Below are positions 8,962 through 16,996 of a DNA stretch of 32,000 nt, in pieces. Position 1 is the first letter of the stretch. Each line of letters opens with the position of its first letter. Below the pieces are notes generated by a model, which worked only from the letters and a program-made list of their open reading frames with translations, did not search any database and was not told where the DNA came from. The stretch lies in the NCBI RefSeq assembly GCF_000023965.1, contig NC_013201.1, forward strand, positions 180,001 to 212,000. The letters run 5' to 3'. This DNA comes from Halomicrobium mukohataei DSM 12286. Lineage in GTDB: Archaea > Halobacteriota > Halobacteria > Halobacteriales > Haloarculaceae. The position numbers were made by a program, and so were the translations under genes.

Positions 8962-9534
8962 TCAGACGAGAAGCTGGATGTCGGCGTCGGCCATGTCCTG
9001 CAGTGCCGTCGCAGCGCCGACGCCGGTCGTGACGCCGTCGTAGAACTCCGATTCGTCGTAGCCCATCAGTTCGATCGTCATCTGGCAGGCCTGGAACTCC
9101 ACGCCCATGTCGAGGCTCGTCTCGACGAGTTCCTCGATGGTGGCGGTGTCGTTGTCCGCGATCCTCTTTTCCATCATCTTCGTCGTGACGCGGTCCATGC
9201 CGGGGAGCGCGGCGACGGCGTTCGGGACGGGCATGTTGGGGTTGCCCACGGAGCTGAGCTTGAGGTCTTTCGAGCGCTCCTCGTGGAGGATCTCCAGCCC
9301 CCAGAACGTGTGAAAGACCGTCACCTCGTAGCCGAAGGCGGCGGCGGTGCTGGCGAGGATGAGCGGCGGGTACGCCATGTCCAGCGTCCCCTTGGTGGCG
9401 ATGATGCTCATCTTCTTGCCGTCGTCCTCGCTGGTGGCCTCGGCGAGCTCGTCTTCCAGTTCGTCGACGCGCGCGGCGAGCTCCGCACGAGAGGGCGTCT
9501 CGTCGCCGGGCGCGTCTGGCGTGTCCGTGCTCAT
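8962..9534 (-). CDS. DsrE/DsrF/DsrH-like sulfur-relay family protein
   Basis: From the internal ATG at 9534: MSTDTPDAPGDE...KMSIIATKGTLDMAYPPLILASTAAAFGYEVTVFHTFWGL...GVEFQACQMTIELMG. This matches the DsrE-fold pattern with a conserved Cys. The upstream part of the track ORF is Arg-rich and non-coding-like. Confidence 0.85.
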   Translation of the reverse strand: MSTDTPDAPGDETPSRAELAARVDELEDELAEATSEDDGKKMSIIATKGTLDMAYPPLILASTAAAFGYEVTVFHTFWGLEILHEERSKDLKLSSVGNPNMPVPNAVAALPGMDRVTTKMMEKRIADNDTATIEELVETSLDMGVEFQACQMTIELMGYDESEFYDGVTTGVGAATALQDMADADIQLLV

Positions 9535-9536
9535 CG

Positions 9537-9782
9537 TCACTCCGTCTTGCGGACGTAGTGTCTGTACACGTCGTCGCCTTCCTCCTGGTCGAGCAGCTCG
9601 ACGCCCTCGGTTCCGGAGGCCCAGCCGTCGATGTCGCTCATGCTGCCGGCGTCGGTCGCGAGCACTTCGAGGACGGCGTCCTCGGAGAGGTCGTCGATGG
9701 CGGACTTCGTTTTCACCACTGGCATGGGACACGATGCACCTTTCACGTCGAGCGTCTCCGCGATGTCGAATTCAGCACTCAT
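9537..9782 (-). CDS. TusA/SirA-family sulfur carrier protein
   Basis: MSAEFDIAETLDVKGASCPMPVVKTKSAIDDLSEDAVLEVLATDAGSMSDIDGW carries the CPxP active-site motif of TusA. Its stop lies 2 nt from the start of the DsrE-like gene. Confidence 0.9.
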   Translation of the reverse strand: MSAEFDIAETLDVKGASCPMPVVKTKSAIDDLSEDAVLEVLATDAGSMSDIDGWASGTEGVELLDQEEGDDVYRHYVRKTE

Positions 9783-10029
9783 AGTGTATCTGCTCCGTTG
9801 AGTCGTATTGGAGCTATCGCACAATATCGTCTTCGGGGTTAAAAGAATGTTGGTTATTGTGTGTACTGCAACATTCCACACAGTCGAATATAGACGATAA
9901 TGTCCTCAAAGTGCCTTTAGAGGATTTTAGAGATCTCCTCCTCTCTTACCCAGACCACTGTATTGTGTAGTTAGTGAAATTCTTTGCAAACCCTTTTCTG
10001 CATCGACCCAGTAGCTGGGGGTGTACGAC

Positions 10030-11316
10030 ATGAACGCCGAAGACTTCCCGACTCCCGACGCCGACGTTGCGAGCGTCGCGCCGGAGACGCTGAAGGATCG
10101 AATCGACGACGGAGAGAGCGTGACGCTGCTCGACGCGCGGATGAGCACGGAGTACGAGAAGTGGCACGTCGACGGCGAGAACGTCACGTCGATCAACGTC
10201 CCCTACTTCGAGTTCCTCGACGACGAGATCGACGAGAGCGTGCTCGACCGGATCCCCGACGACCGCGAAGTGACAGTCCTCTGTGCGAAGGGCGGTGCCA
10301 GCGAGTACGTCGCGGGCACGCTCGTCGAGCAGGGCTACGACGTGGACCACCTCGAAGACGGGATGAACGGCTGGGCGAGCATCTACGAGGCCGTCGAGGT
10401 CCAGCGCTACGACGGGGCGGGAACGCTACTCCAGTACCAGCGACCCTCCACGGGCTGTCTGGGCTATCTGCTCTACGACGACGGGGAGGCGGCGGTCATC
10501 GACCCGCTGCGGGCGTTCACCGACCGCTATCTCGCGGACGCCGCAGAACTCCGTTCCGCGAGCCCTGCCTCGCAGGCTCGGCAGGACGAGGACTTCGGCG
10601 TCGACCTGCAGTACGCGCTGGACACCCACGTCCACGCCGACCACATCTCGGGCGTGCGCGCCCTCGACGACGAGGGTGTCGAGGGCGTCATTCCCGAGGC
10701 GGCCGTCGACCGCGGCGTCACGTACGCCGCGGACGGAAGTTCCGCGAGCCCTGCCTCGCAGGCTCGGCAGGACGCAGACGCCCTCACCACGGCCGCGGAC
10801 GGCGACACCTTCCAGGTCGGCGACGCCACCATCGAGGCCGTCCACACGCCCGGCCACACGACCGGGATGACCTCGTATCTGATCGACGACAGCCTGCTCG
10901 CGACCGGCGACGGACTGTTCATCGAGAGCGTCGCCCGCCCCGACCTCGAAGAGGGCGACGACGGCGCGCCCGACGCCGCGCGCACGCTCTACGAGTCGCT
11001 ACAGGAGCGCGTGCTGACGCTGCCCGACGACACGCTGATCGGCGGAGCCCACTTCAGCGACGCCGCCGAACCCGCCGACGACGGCACCTACACCGCCCCA
11101 ATCGGCGAGCTCGTCGCGGAGATGGACGCGCTCACGATGGACGAAGAGGCGTTCGTCGACCTGATCCTCTCGGACATGCCGCCGCGGCCGGCCAACTACG
11201 AGGAGATCATCGCGACGAACCTCGGCCAGAACGCCGTCGACGACGAGAAGGCGTTCACGCTCGAACTCGGCCCGAACAACTGCGCCGCGAGCCAGGGCTC
11301 GCTGGCGGATGACTGA
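10030..11316 (+). CDS. Rhodanese domain fused to an MBL-fold hydrolase (persulfide-dioxygenase-like), carrying two in-frame repeat insertions
   Basis: The N-terminal rhodanese domain has the active-site loop VTVLCAKGGAS. The MBL domain has THVHADHISG and HTPGHTTG. The start could be ATG 10030 (MNAEDF) or GTG 10021. Confidence 0.9.
   Translation: MNAEDFPTPDADVASVAPETLKDRIDDGESVTLLDARMSTEYEKWHVDGENVTSINVPYFEFLDDEIDESVLDRIPDDREVTVLCAKGGASEYVAGTLVEQGYDVDHLEDGMNGWASIYEAVEVQRYDGAGTLLQYQRPSTGCLGYLLYDDGEAAVIDPLRAFTDRYLADAAELRSASPASQARQDEDFGVDLQYALDTHVHADHISGVRALDDEGVEGVIPEAAVDRGVTYAADGSSASPASQARQDADALTTAADGDTFQVGDATIEAVHTPGHTTGMTSYLIDDSLLATGDGLFIESVARPDLEEGDDGAPDAARTLYESLQERVLTLPDDTLIGGAHFSDAAEPADDGTYTAPIGELVAEMDALTMDEEAFVDLILSDMPPRPANYEEIIATNLGQNAVDDEKAFTLELGPNNCAASQGSLADD
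10553..10588 (+). repeat. 36-bp intragenic repeat, copy 1 (GTTCCGCGAGCCCTGCCTCGCAGGCTCGGCAGGACG)
   Basis: Exact 36/36 identity with 10739-10774. It encodes SASPASQARQD in the gene frame and contains the self-complementary pairs CGAGCC/GGCTCG and CCTGCC/GGCAGG. Confidence 0.9.
10739..10774 (+). repeat. 36-bp intragenic repeat, copy 2
   Basis: Identical to 10553-10588. This copy is flanked by an 11-bp direct repeat GCCGCGGACGG at 10726-10736 and 10792-10802, exactly 66 bp apart. Confidence 0.9.
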
Positions 11317-11324
11317 GGAGGGCG

Positions 11325-11882
11325 ATGATGACTGATCCACTCGCGCTTCAGGTGACCGCCGAGCTGTTTCCAAACGGGATCGGCCGCTACGCCGTCGGTG
11401 GACTGCTCGTCGGCCTCGGCGCGGTCGTGATCTACGTCGGGACCGGCATTCCGGCCGGGGCGAGTACGTTCTTGGAGTCGACGCTGTCGTACGTCTCCGA
11501 CCAGTCGCGGTTCCAGCAGTACGTGGGCTCGCGGGACTGGCGCGTGGTGTTCACGCTCGGGATCGTCCTAGGCGGACTGGCGTTCGCCGCGACCGTCCAG
11601 TCCGGTCTGGTGTCGACGGCGCTCTACCAGACGGGGACGACCGGGCAGCTGTACGAAGTCGGCGGCGTGACGCTCTGGACGACGAACGTCCAGCCGTGGC
11701 GGCTGTTCGTCGGCGGCGTCCTCGTCGGCATCGGCACCCGCGTCGGCAAGGGATGTACCTCGGGCCACGGCGTCTGTGGCGTCGGGTCGGCGTCGAAGAC
11801 CTCGCTCGTCGGCGTCGCCACCTTCCTGACGGTGGCGATCGGGACGGCACAGGTCGTCGCCGCGCTGGGGGTGAGCCCGTGA
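11325..11882 (+). CDS. YeeE/YedE-family sulfur-compound transporter, first half
   Basis: Polytopic membrane protein with the family motif GKGCTSGHGVCG. A GAGGAGGG Shine-Dalgarno-like sequence lies just upstream of the ATG. Confidence 0.85.
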   Translation: MMTDPLALQVTAELFPNGIGRYAVGGLLVGLGAVVIYVGTGIPAGASTFLESTLSYVSDQSRFQQYVGSRDWRVVFTLGIVLGGLAFAATVQSGLVSTALYQTGTTGQLYEVGGVTLWTTNVQPWRLFVGGVLVGIGTRVGKGCTSGHGVCGVGSASKTSLVGVATFLTVAIGTAQVVAALGVSP

Positions 11883-11883
11883 T

Positions 11884-12801
11884 GTGCGAGACGCGAGCGC
11901 AGCGAGGCGCGACCGGAGGGAGCGACACGTGGGCAGCGAGGCCGACCAGCGAGAGGCCTCGACGGACGCGAACGGGAGCGAACGGAGGGAGCGACACGTG
12001 GGCAGCGAGGCCGACCAGCGAGAGGCCTCGACGGACGCGAACGGGAGCGAACGGAGGGAGCGACACGTGGGCAGCGAGGCCGACCAGCGAGAGGCCTCGA
12101 CGGACGCGAACGGGAGCGAACGGAGGGAGCGACACGTGGGCAGCGAGGCCGACCAGCGAGAGGCCTCGACGGACGCGAACGGGAGCGAACGGAGGGAGCG
12201 ACACGTGGGCAGCGAGGCCGACCAGCGAGAGGCCTCGACAGACGCGAACGGGAGCGAACGGAGGGAGCGACACGTGGGCAGCGAGGCCGACCAGCGAGAG
12301 GCCTCGACAGACGCGAACGGGAGCGAACGGAGGGAGCGACACGTGAGCGACGACCGACATCCGCTGTTCGAGCCGCTGATCTTCGTCGGCGGCCTGATCT
12401 TCGGGTTCGGACTCGGGTTCAGTCAGATGGCGCGTCCGGAAGTGGTGCTGAACTTCCTCCAGTTCGAGGACTTCGGACTGCTGTTCGTCATGTTCGGCGC
12501 GGCCGTCGTCTCCGGGATCGCGTTCGCAGTGATGCCCCGGATTCGGAACGTGGCACCCCTGACGGGCGACCGCTACGAGCGTCGGCTGAAGCCGTTCGAC
12601 CGGAACGTCCTCGTCGGCGGAGCCATCTTCGGCGTCGGCTGGGGACTCTCGGGCATCTGTCCGGGTGCCGCGTACGCGAGCCTCGGCGTCGGCAACGTCA
12701 CGATCCTCTGGGCGCTGGCCGGGATGTTCCTGGGCGCGTACGCTCAGGGGTACTGGCGGAGTCAGAATCGAGCGCGTGACACCGCCACCGGCGCGGACTA
12801 G
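11884..12801 (+). CDS. YeeE/YedE-family transporter, second half. The conserved core starts at GTG 12343; the maximal ORF carries the repeat-encoded N-terminal extension.
   Basis: The core MSDDRHPLFEPLIFVGGLIFGFGLGFSQMARPEVVLNFL...GVGWGLSGICPGAAY is a 4-TM YeeE/YedE-like half. The tandem array is in frame (69 = 23 codons, RRERHVGSEADQREASTDANGSE). Every unit supplies a GGAGG followed by an in-frame GTG, so the true start is ambiguous between 11884 and 12343. Confidence 0.7.
   Translation: MRDASAARRDRRERHVGSEADQREASTDANGSERRERHVGSEADQREASTDANGSERRERHVGSEADQREASTDANGSERRERHVGSEADQREASTDANGSERRERHVGSEADQREASTDANGSERRERHVGSEADQREASTDANGSERRERHVSDDRHPLFEPLIFVGGLIFGFGLGFSQMARPEVVLNFLQFEDFGLLFVMFGAAVVSGIAFAVMPRIRNVAPLTGDRYERRLKPFDRNVLVGGAIFGVGWGLSGICPGAAYASLGVGNVTILWALAGMFLGAYAQGYWRSQNRARDTATGAD
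11915..12345 (+). repeat. Tandem array of a 69-bp unit, 6 full copies plus a 17-bp partial copy
   Basis: Units start at 11915, 11984, 12053, 12122, 12191, 12260 and 12329 (GGAGGGAGCGACACGTGGGCAGCGAGGCCGACCAGCGAGAGGCCTCGACGGACGCGAACGGGAGCGAAC). The only difference I see is G to A (CGACGGACG to CGACAGACG) in copies 5 and 6. Each unit has an internal hairpin, CGAGGCC-N11-GGCCTCG. Confidence 0.95.
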
Positions 12802-12809
12802 CCAGTTCT

Positions 12810-13985
12810 ATGGACCCCGCACTCATCGCTCTCTTCGTCGGTGCAGCAGTCGCCAGCCTGTTCATGGCGTGGGTCATCGGCGCTGGATCGAGCGGCGCGA
12901 CTCCCTTCGCACCAGCCGTCGGCGCGAACGCCATCGGGACGATGCGGGCCGCCTTTCTGGTCGGCATCTTCGGATTCGCAGGGGCGGTCACACAGGGCGG
13001 GAGCGTCTCGAAGGCGGTCGGGAGCGGTCTCGTGGGCGGCATCAGTCTGCCCGTCGGCGGGGTCATCCTCGTGCTCGTGCTGGGAGCGGGGCTGATGGCG
13101 GTCGGGATCGCGACGGGCTATCCGATCGCGACCGCGTTCACCGTGACGGGTGCCGTCGTCGGCGTCGGCCTCGCACTGGGCGGGACGCCGGTCTGGCCGA
13201 AGTACCAGCAGATCGCCGCCGTCTGGGTGTTGACGCCCGTCGTCGGCGGCGGCATCGCGTTCGTCATCGCCAGCCTCCTGCCCCGTCCCGACGTCCCCGA
13301 ACGGTTCAGCATCCCCCTCCTTGCCGGCCTCGTCGGGGCCGTCCTCGTGAACGTCGACTTCAGCTTCCTCGGCGAGGGGACCGCGTCGGGGACCGTCCGC
13401 GGGCTCGGGCAACGCGTATTGGCAGTGGACGGTCTCGCGTCGGGGCTCGTCGTGACCGGCGTCGTCGCGCTGGCCGTCGCCGCCGTCGTCCGATGGGACG
13501 TTCGCCGTGACGAACGCGGCGGCCTGCGGCGCGTCCTGCTCGCGCTCGGCTCGCTCGTCGCCTTCTCCGCGGGCGGGAGTCAGGTCGGCCTCGCCGTCGG
13601 GCCGTTGCTGCCCCTGCTCGACGAGATCGGGATGGTGTCGACGATGACCGTGCTCGTCGGCGGCGGGCTGGGAATGCTCGCCGGGTCGTGGACGGGCGCG
13701 CCCCGGATGATCAAGTCGCTGGCACGGGACTACTCCTCGCTGGGACCGCGGCGCTCCATTTCGGCACTCGTGCCGTCGTTCCTGATCGCACAACTGGCCG
13801 TGCTGCTGGGCGTTCCGGTGTCGTTCAACGAGATCGTCGTCAGTGCCATCATCGGGAGCGGTGCCGCAGTCGGCGGACGCGACGCGGTGGACGCACGGAA
13901 GATACTCGTGACCGTGGGAGCGTGGGCAGGGTCGTTCGGCCTGTCGTTCGTGCTCGCGTACGTCGCCGCGTCCCTGCTACTGTAG
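12810..13985 (+). CDS. PiT/PHO4-family inorganic anion (phosphate or sulfate) permease
   Basis: Polytopic protein with N- and C-terminal PiT-type repeats: WVIGAGSSGATPFAPAVGANAIG and AIIGSGAAVGGRDAVDARKIL. Confidence 0.8.
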   Translation: MDPALIALFVGAAVASLFMAWVIGAGSSGATPFAPAVGANAIGTMRAAFLVGIFGFAGAVTQGGSVSKAVGSGLVGGISLPVGGVILVLVLGAGLMAVGIATGYPIATAFTVTGAVVGVGLALGGTPVWPKYQQIAAVWVLTPVVGGGIAFVIASLLPRPDVPERFSIPLLAGLVGAVLVNVDFSFLGEGTASGTVRGLGQRVLAVDGLASGLVVTGVVALAVAAVVRWDVRRDERGGLRRVLLALGSLVAFSAGGSQVGLAVGPLLPLLDEIGMVSTMTVLVGGGLGMLAGSWTGAPRMIKSLARDYSSLGPRRSISALVPSFLIAQLAVLLGVPVSFNEIVVSAIIGSGAAVGGRDAVDARKILVTVGAWAGSFGLSFVLAYVAASLLL

Positions 13986-14234
13986 GCACCAGCGGAGACA
14001 CCGCGCGGTCACACGTCGAGACGGCAGCCGATCGATCTGCGTCGGAAAGCGAACGGCGTCCCGGGCGTCTGCACGAGACAGTATTTTCCAGAAGAAACAA
14101 GACCGGTAGCCGGCAGAGAGTCTGCGTTCACCGCCGGCACCGTGTCGTCGCCAGTCTGGTGAGTGTTCGTGCGGCATTGTGAAATTCGCACACAAGTCTT
14201 TTAACGAGGAGGACCGTACGTTCACCCGATACCG

Positions 14235-14639
14235 ATGCCAGATTCGATGTCCGAACAGCTTCAGCGGGACATGGAGTGTGAGGGGCTTCTGGAGTGTTTC
14301 CACGGACTCAAACAGCTCGATCGAGAGGTCTTTCAGGCGCTCGTCGACACCGAGGACGCGCTCACCGTCGACGAGATCGCAGACGCCGTCGACCGTGAGC
14401 GCTCGACCGCATATAGGGCCGTACAGCGGCTCCTCCAGGCCGGATTCATCCAGAAAGAACAGGTCAACTACGACCAGGGAGGGTACTACCACGTCTACAG
14501 ACCGACCGACCCCGCGAACATCGCGGACGACATGCAGCGGCTCCTCAACGACTGGTACGCGAAGATGGGCCAGCTCATTCAGGAGTTCGAGACGAAGTAC
14601 GAAGACCGCGACGCGACAGCGCCGTCGGTCGAGGGCTGA
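14235..14639 (+). CDS. Winged-helix (TrmB/MarR-like) transcription regulator with an N-terminal Cys pair
   Basis: LDREVFQALVDTEDALTVDEIADAVDRERSTAYRAVQRLLQAGFIQKE is a typical wHTH. The only cysteines are C15 and C21 (CEGLLECFH). A TTTTAA TATA-like box lies about 30 nt upstream (14199-14204). Confidence 0.8.
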   Translation: MPDSMSEQLQRDMECEGLLECFHGLKQLDREVFQALVDTEDALTVDEIADAVDRERSTAYRAVQRLLQAGFIQKEQVNYDQGGYYHVYRPTDPANIADDMQRLLNDWYAKMGQLIQEFETKYEDRDATAPSVEG

Positions 14640-14927
14640 GCCCCCAGTTCGACGGACCACTGCTACGGATTACTGTCGATCGTTCCCGGAGCAGCCCCAC
14701 GCCGTCGTGTGGTCGGCCGGGCAAGCGGCGACAATAATCCGTACGAGGTCCCCACGCGACACCCCTCCCGCTGGGACTGCCCGCTGTGGATTTTCACCGT
14801 CTTCGCGATCCGAGGTCGCAGCTGCTGTAGGTAGTGCGACAGCCCGTCGTCGGCCGGCTCGTGCTGGGGACAGTATTGTTTAGTACGTCCAAAACCCTTA
14901 ACTACGAGAGTCGCCTACGGTGAACTG

Positions 14928-15287
14928 ATGACAACAGATATCGAAGCCGAAGCCGGAGCAGGTACGCCCACGGAGCCAGTCCACGTCGACGGCCAGTCCG
15001 AGCTGGACGGCGCGGTCGCCGACTACGAGGTCGTTCTGGCGGACTTCTACGCCGACTGGTGTGGCCCCTGCCAGATGCTCGAACCGGTCGTCGAGACGCT
15101 GGCGGCCGAGACGGACGCCGCCGTGGCGAAAGTCGACGTCGACGAGAACCAGCAGCTCGCGACGGCCTACGGCGTCCGTGGCGTGCCCACGCTCGTCCTC
15201 TTTGCCGACGGCGAGCAGGTCGAGGAGATCGTCGGCGTCCAGGGCGAAGACGAGCTGCGGTCGCTCGTCGAACAGTACACGGCGTGA
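14928..15287 (+). CDS. trxA: Thioredoxin
   Basis: WCGPC active site (FYADWCGPCQMLEPV), thioredoxin-fold length (119 aa), and GVRGVPTLVLF. Confidence 0.95.
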   Translation: MTTDIEAEAGAGTPTEPVHVDGQSELDGAVADYEVVLADFYADWCGPCQMLEPVVETLAAETDAAVAKVDVDENQQLATAYGVRGVPTLVLFADGEQVEEIVGVQGEDELRSLVEQYTA

Positions 15288-15378
15288 GGCCAGGTAGCGT
15301 GTGGTCGAGCGGGCAGCGTCGCGCTGCTCGGATGAAGCCGTAGTTGGTATGTACCTCAGTCTCCCCTGTGGAGATAGG

Positions 15379-16155
15379 ATGACACACGTGAGCGTTATCG
15401 GCTGTGGCAACATGGGTGGGGCCTTCGTGAAGGGGCTCGCCCAGACCGGAGCCTACGAAGTGACAGCGATCGACCTCGATCCCGAAGCGCTGGCGTCAGT
15501 CGCCGACGACGCCGACGAGACGACCGACGACATCGACGCGGCCCGGGAGGCAGAGATCGTCGTGTTGGCAGTCAAACCGAAGGCGGTCTCGGCAGTCCTC
15601 GCTGATCTCGATCTCCGACCAGACCAGTCGCTTCTCACCATCGCGGCGGGCGTCCCGCGGTCGTTCGTCGCCGGGGAGACCGACGCGACCGTCGTCCGGA
15701 TCATGCCGAATCTGGCGGCCGAGACCGGCGACATGGCCGCCGCGGCCACCCGCGACGGGATCGACGACAACGTGCGGGAACTGCTGGACGCGGTCGGCGA
15801 GTTCGTCGAGATCGACGAGGAGCTGATGGACGTGTCGACGGCGGTCAACGGCAGCGGCCCGGCCTTCGCCTTCTACCTCATCGACGCGATGAAGGAGGCC
15901 GGCATCGACGGCGGTCTCGACCCCGAGCAGGCCGAGACGCTGGCGGCCCAGACGTTCAAGGGCGCGGCCGAGACGGTCCTCCGGGACGACCGAAGCGTCT
16001 CCGAGCTCATCGACGCCGTCTGCTCGCCCAACGGGACCACCATCGAGGGCATGGAGGTCCTGTGGGACAGCGACGCCGACGCGGCGGTTATCGAGGCCGT
16101 CGAAGCCGCCGAGCAGCGGTCCCGAGAACTCGCCGAGGAGTTCGACGATGAGTGA
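15379..16155 (+). CDS. proC: Pyrroline-5-carboxylate reductase
   Basis: From the internal ATG at 15379: [20 protein letters not shown] (NAD(P)-binding GxGxxG), RIMPNLAA, and [14 protein letters not shown]. The stop overlaps the proB start. Confidence 0.9.
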   Translation: MTHVSVIGCGNMGGAFVKGLAQTGAYEVTAIDLDPEALASVADDADETTDDIDAAREAEIVVLAVKPKAVSAVLADLDLRPDQSLLTIAAGVPRSFVAGETDATVVRIMPNLAAETGDMAAAATRDGIDDNVRELLDAVGEFVEIDEELMDVSTAVNGSGPAFAFYLIDAMKEAGIDGGLDPEQAETLAAQTFKGAAETVLRDDRSVSELIDAVCSPNGTTIEGMEVLWDSDADAAVIEAVEAAEQRSRELAEEFDDE

Positions 16156-16996
16156 GCAGTCGGCGATCGAGAGCGTCGGCGAGGCGACCGTCGAGCAGGC
16201 GCGCGAGCAGGCCGCCGACGCCCAGCGCGTGATCGTCAAGGCGGGGACGAACTCGCTGACCGACGAGGACTCCCAGCTCGATCGCGTGAAACTCGACAAG
16301 CTTGTCAGCGACATCATGGACCTCCGGAAGCGGGGGAAGGACGTGCTGCTGGTCTCGTCTGGCGCGGTCGGTGCGGGCAAGGGGCTGATCGACGAGGAGA
16401 CCGAGACCGTCGAGGAGAGCCAGGCCCTCTCGACGGTCGGACAGAGCCACCTGATGCGCCACTACACCCAGAGCTTCGACCGCTACGACCAGACGGTCGC
16501 ACAGATCCTGCTGACCGAGCACGATCTGGCCAACCCCGAGCGCTTTACGAACGTCCGCAACACCATCGAGACGCTGTTCGACTGGGGGATCGTGCCGATC
16601 ATCAACGAGAACGACGCGATCGCGACCGAGGAGATCCAGATCGGCGACAACGACATGCTCTCGGCGTCGGTCGCCATCGGCGTCAACGCCGACCTGCTGG
16701 TGACCCTGACCGACGTTGGCGGCGTCTACACGGGCAACCCGAAAGACGACGACGACGCGGCGCTGATCGAGGCAGTCGGCGCGAACTACGACGCCGTCCA
16801 GTCGCTCGTCGACGACAGCACGACCGCCGAGTTCGGCGGCATCCAGACGAAAGTCGAGGGCGCGCGCGACGTGAGCGAACACGGCACACCGGCGATCATC
16901 GCCGGCTCGGCGGACCGCGACGTACTGGAACGGATCGCTACTGCCAAATCGGTGGGCACGCTATTCGTCCCGATAAACGGAGCCACAGATGACTGA
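16148..16996 (+). CDS. proB: Glutamate 5-kinase
   Basis: [23 protein letters not shown] and [21 protein letters not shown] are typical amino-acid-kinase/ProB motifs. It overlaps proC by 8 nt and proA by 8 nt. Confidence 0.95.
   Translation: MSEQSAIESVGEATVEQAREQAADAQRVIVKAGTNSLTDEDSQLDRVKLDKLVSDIMDLRKRGKDVLLVSSGAVGAGKGLIDEETETVEESQALSTVGQSHLMRHYTQSFDRYDQTVAQILLTEHDLANPERFTNVRNTIETLFDWGIVPIINENDAIATEEIQIGDNDMLSASVAIGVNADLLVTLTDVGGVYTGNPKDDDDAALIEAVGANYDAVQSLVDDSTTAEFGGIQTKVEGARDVSEHGTPAIIAGSADRDVLERIATAKSVGTLFVPINGATDD

Noticed and set aside
11915-12345. The 69-bp repeat array as a possible CRISPR locus.
   Set aside because: The units are directly adjacent with no unique spacers, the unit is much longer than a CRISPR repeat, and there are no cas genes. 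It is a plain tandem (minisatellite-like) array.
11882-12346. An alternative repeat-only ORF (MCETRAQRGATGGSDTWAARPTSERPRRTRTGAN...; 154 aa) whose ATG and TGA overlap the neighbouring stop and start.
   Set aside because: The product is strongly basic and Arg-rich, which is atypical here. The only polymorphism in the array is non-synonymous in this frame (R to Q) but synonymous in the transporter frame. I kept it as a note in the tandem-repeat finding rather than calling it as a gene.
14640-14900. A minus-strand open frame reading ...CPQHEPADDGLSHYLQQLRPRIAKTVKIHSGQSQ... between the wHTH regulator and thioredoxin.
   Set aside because: There is no ATG, GTG or TTG start upstream of most of it and no recognisable family. 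It is possibly an old gene fragment, but I cannot support a feature.
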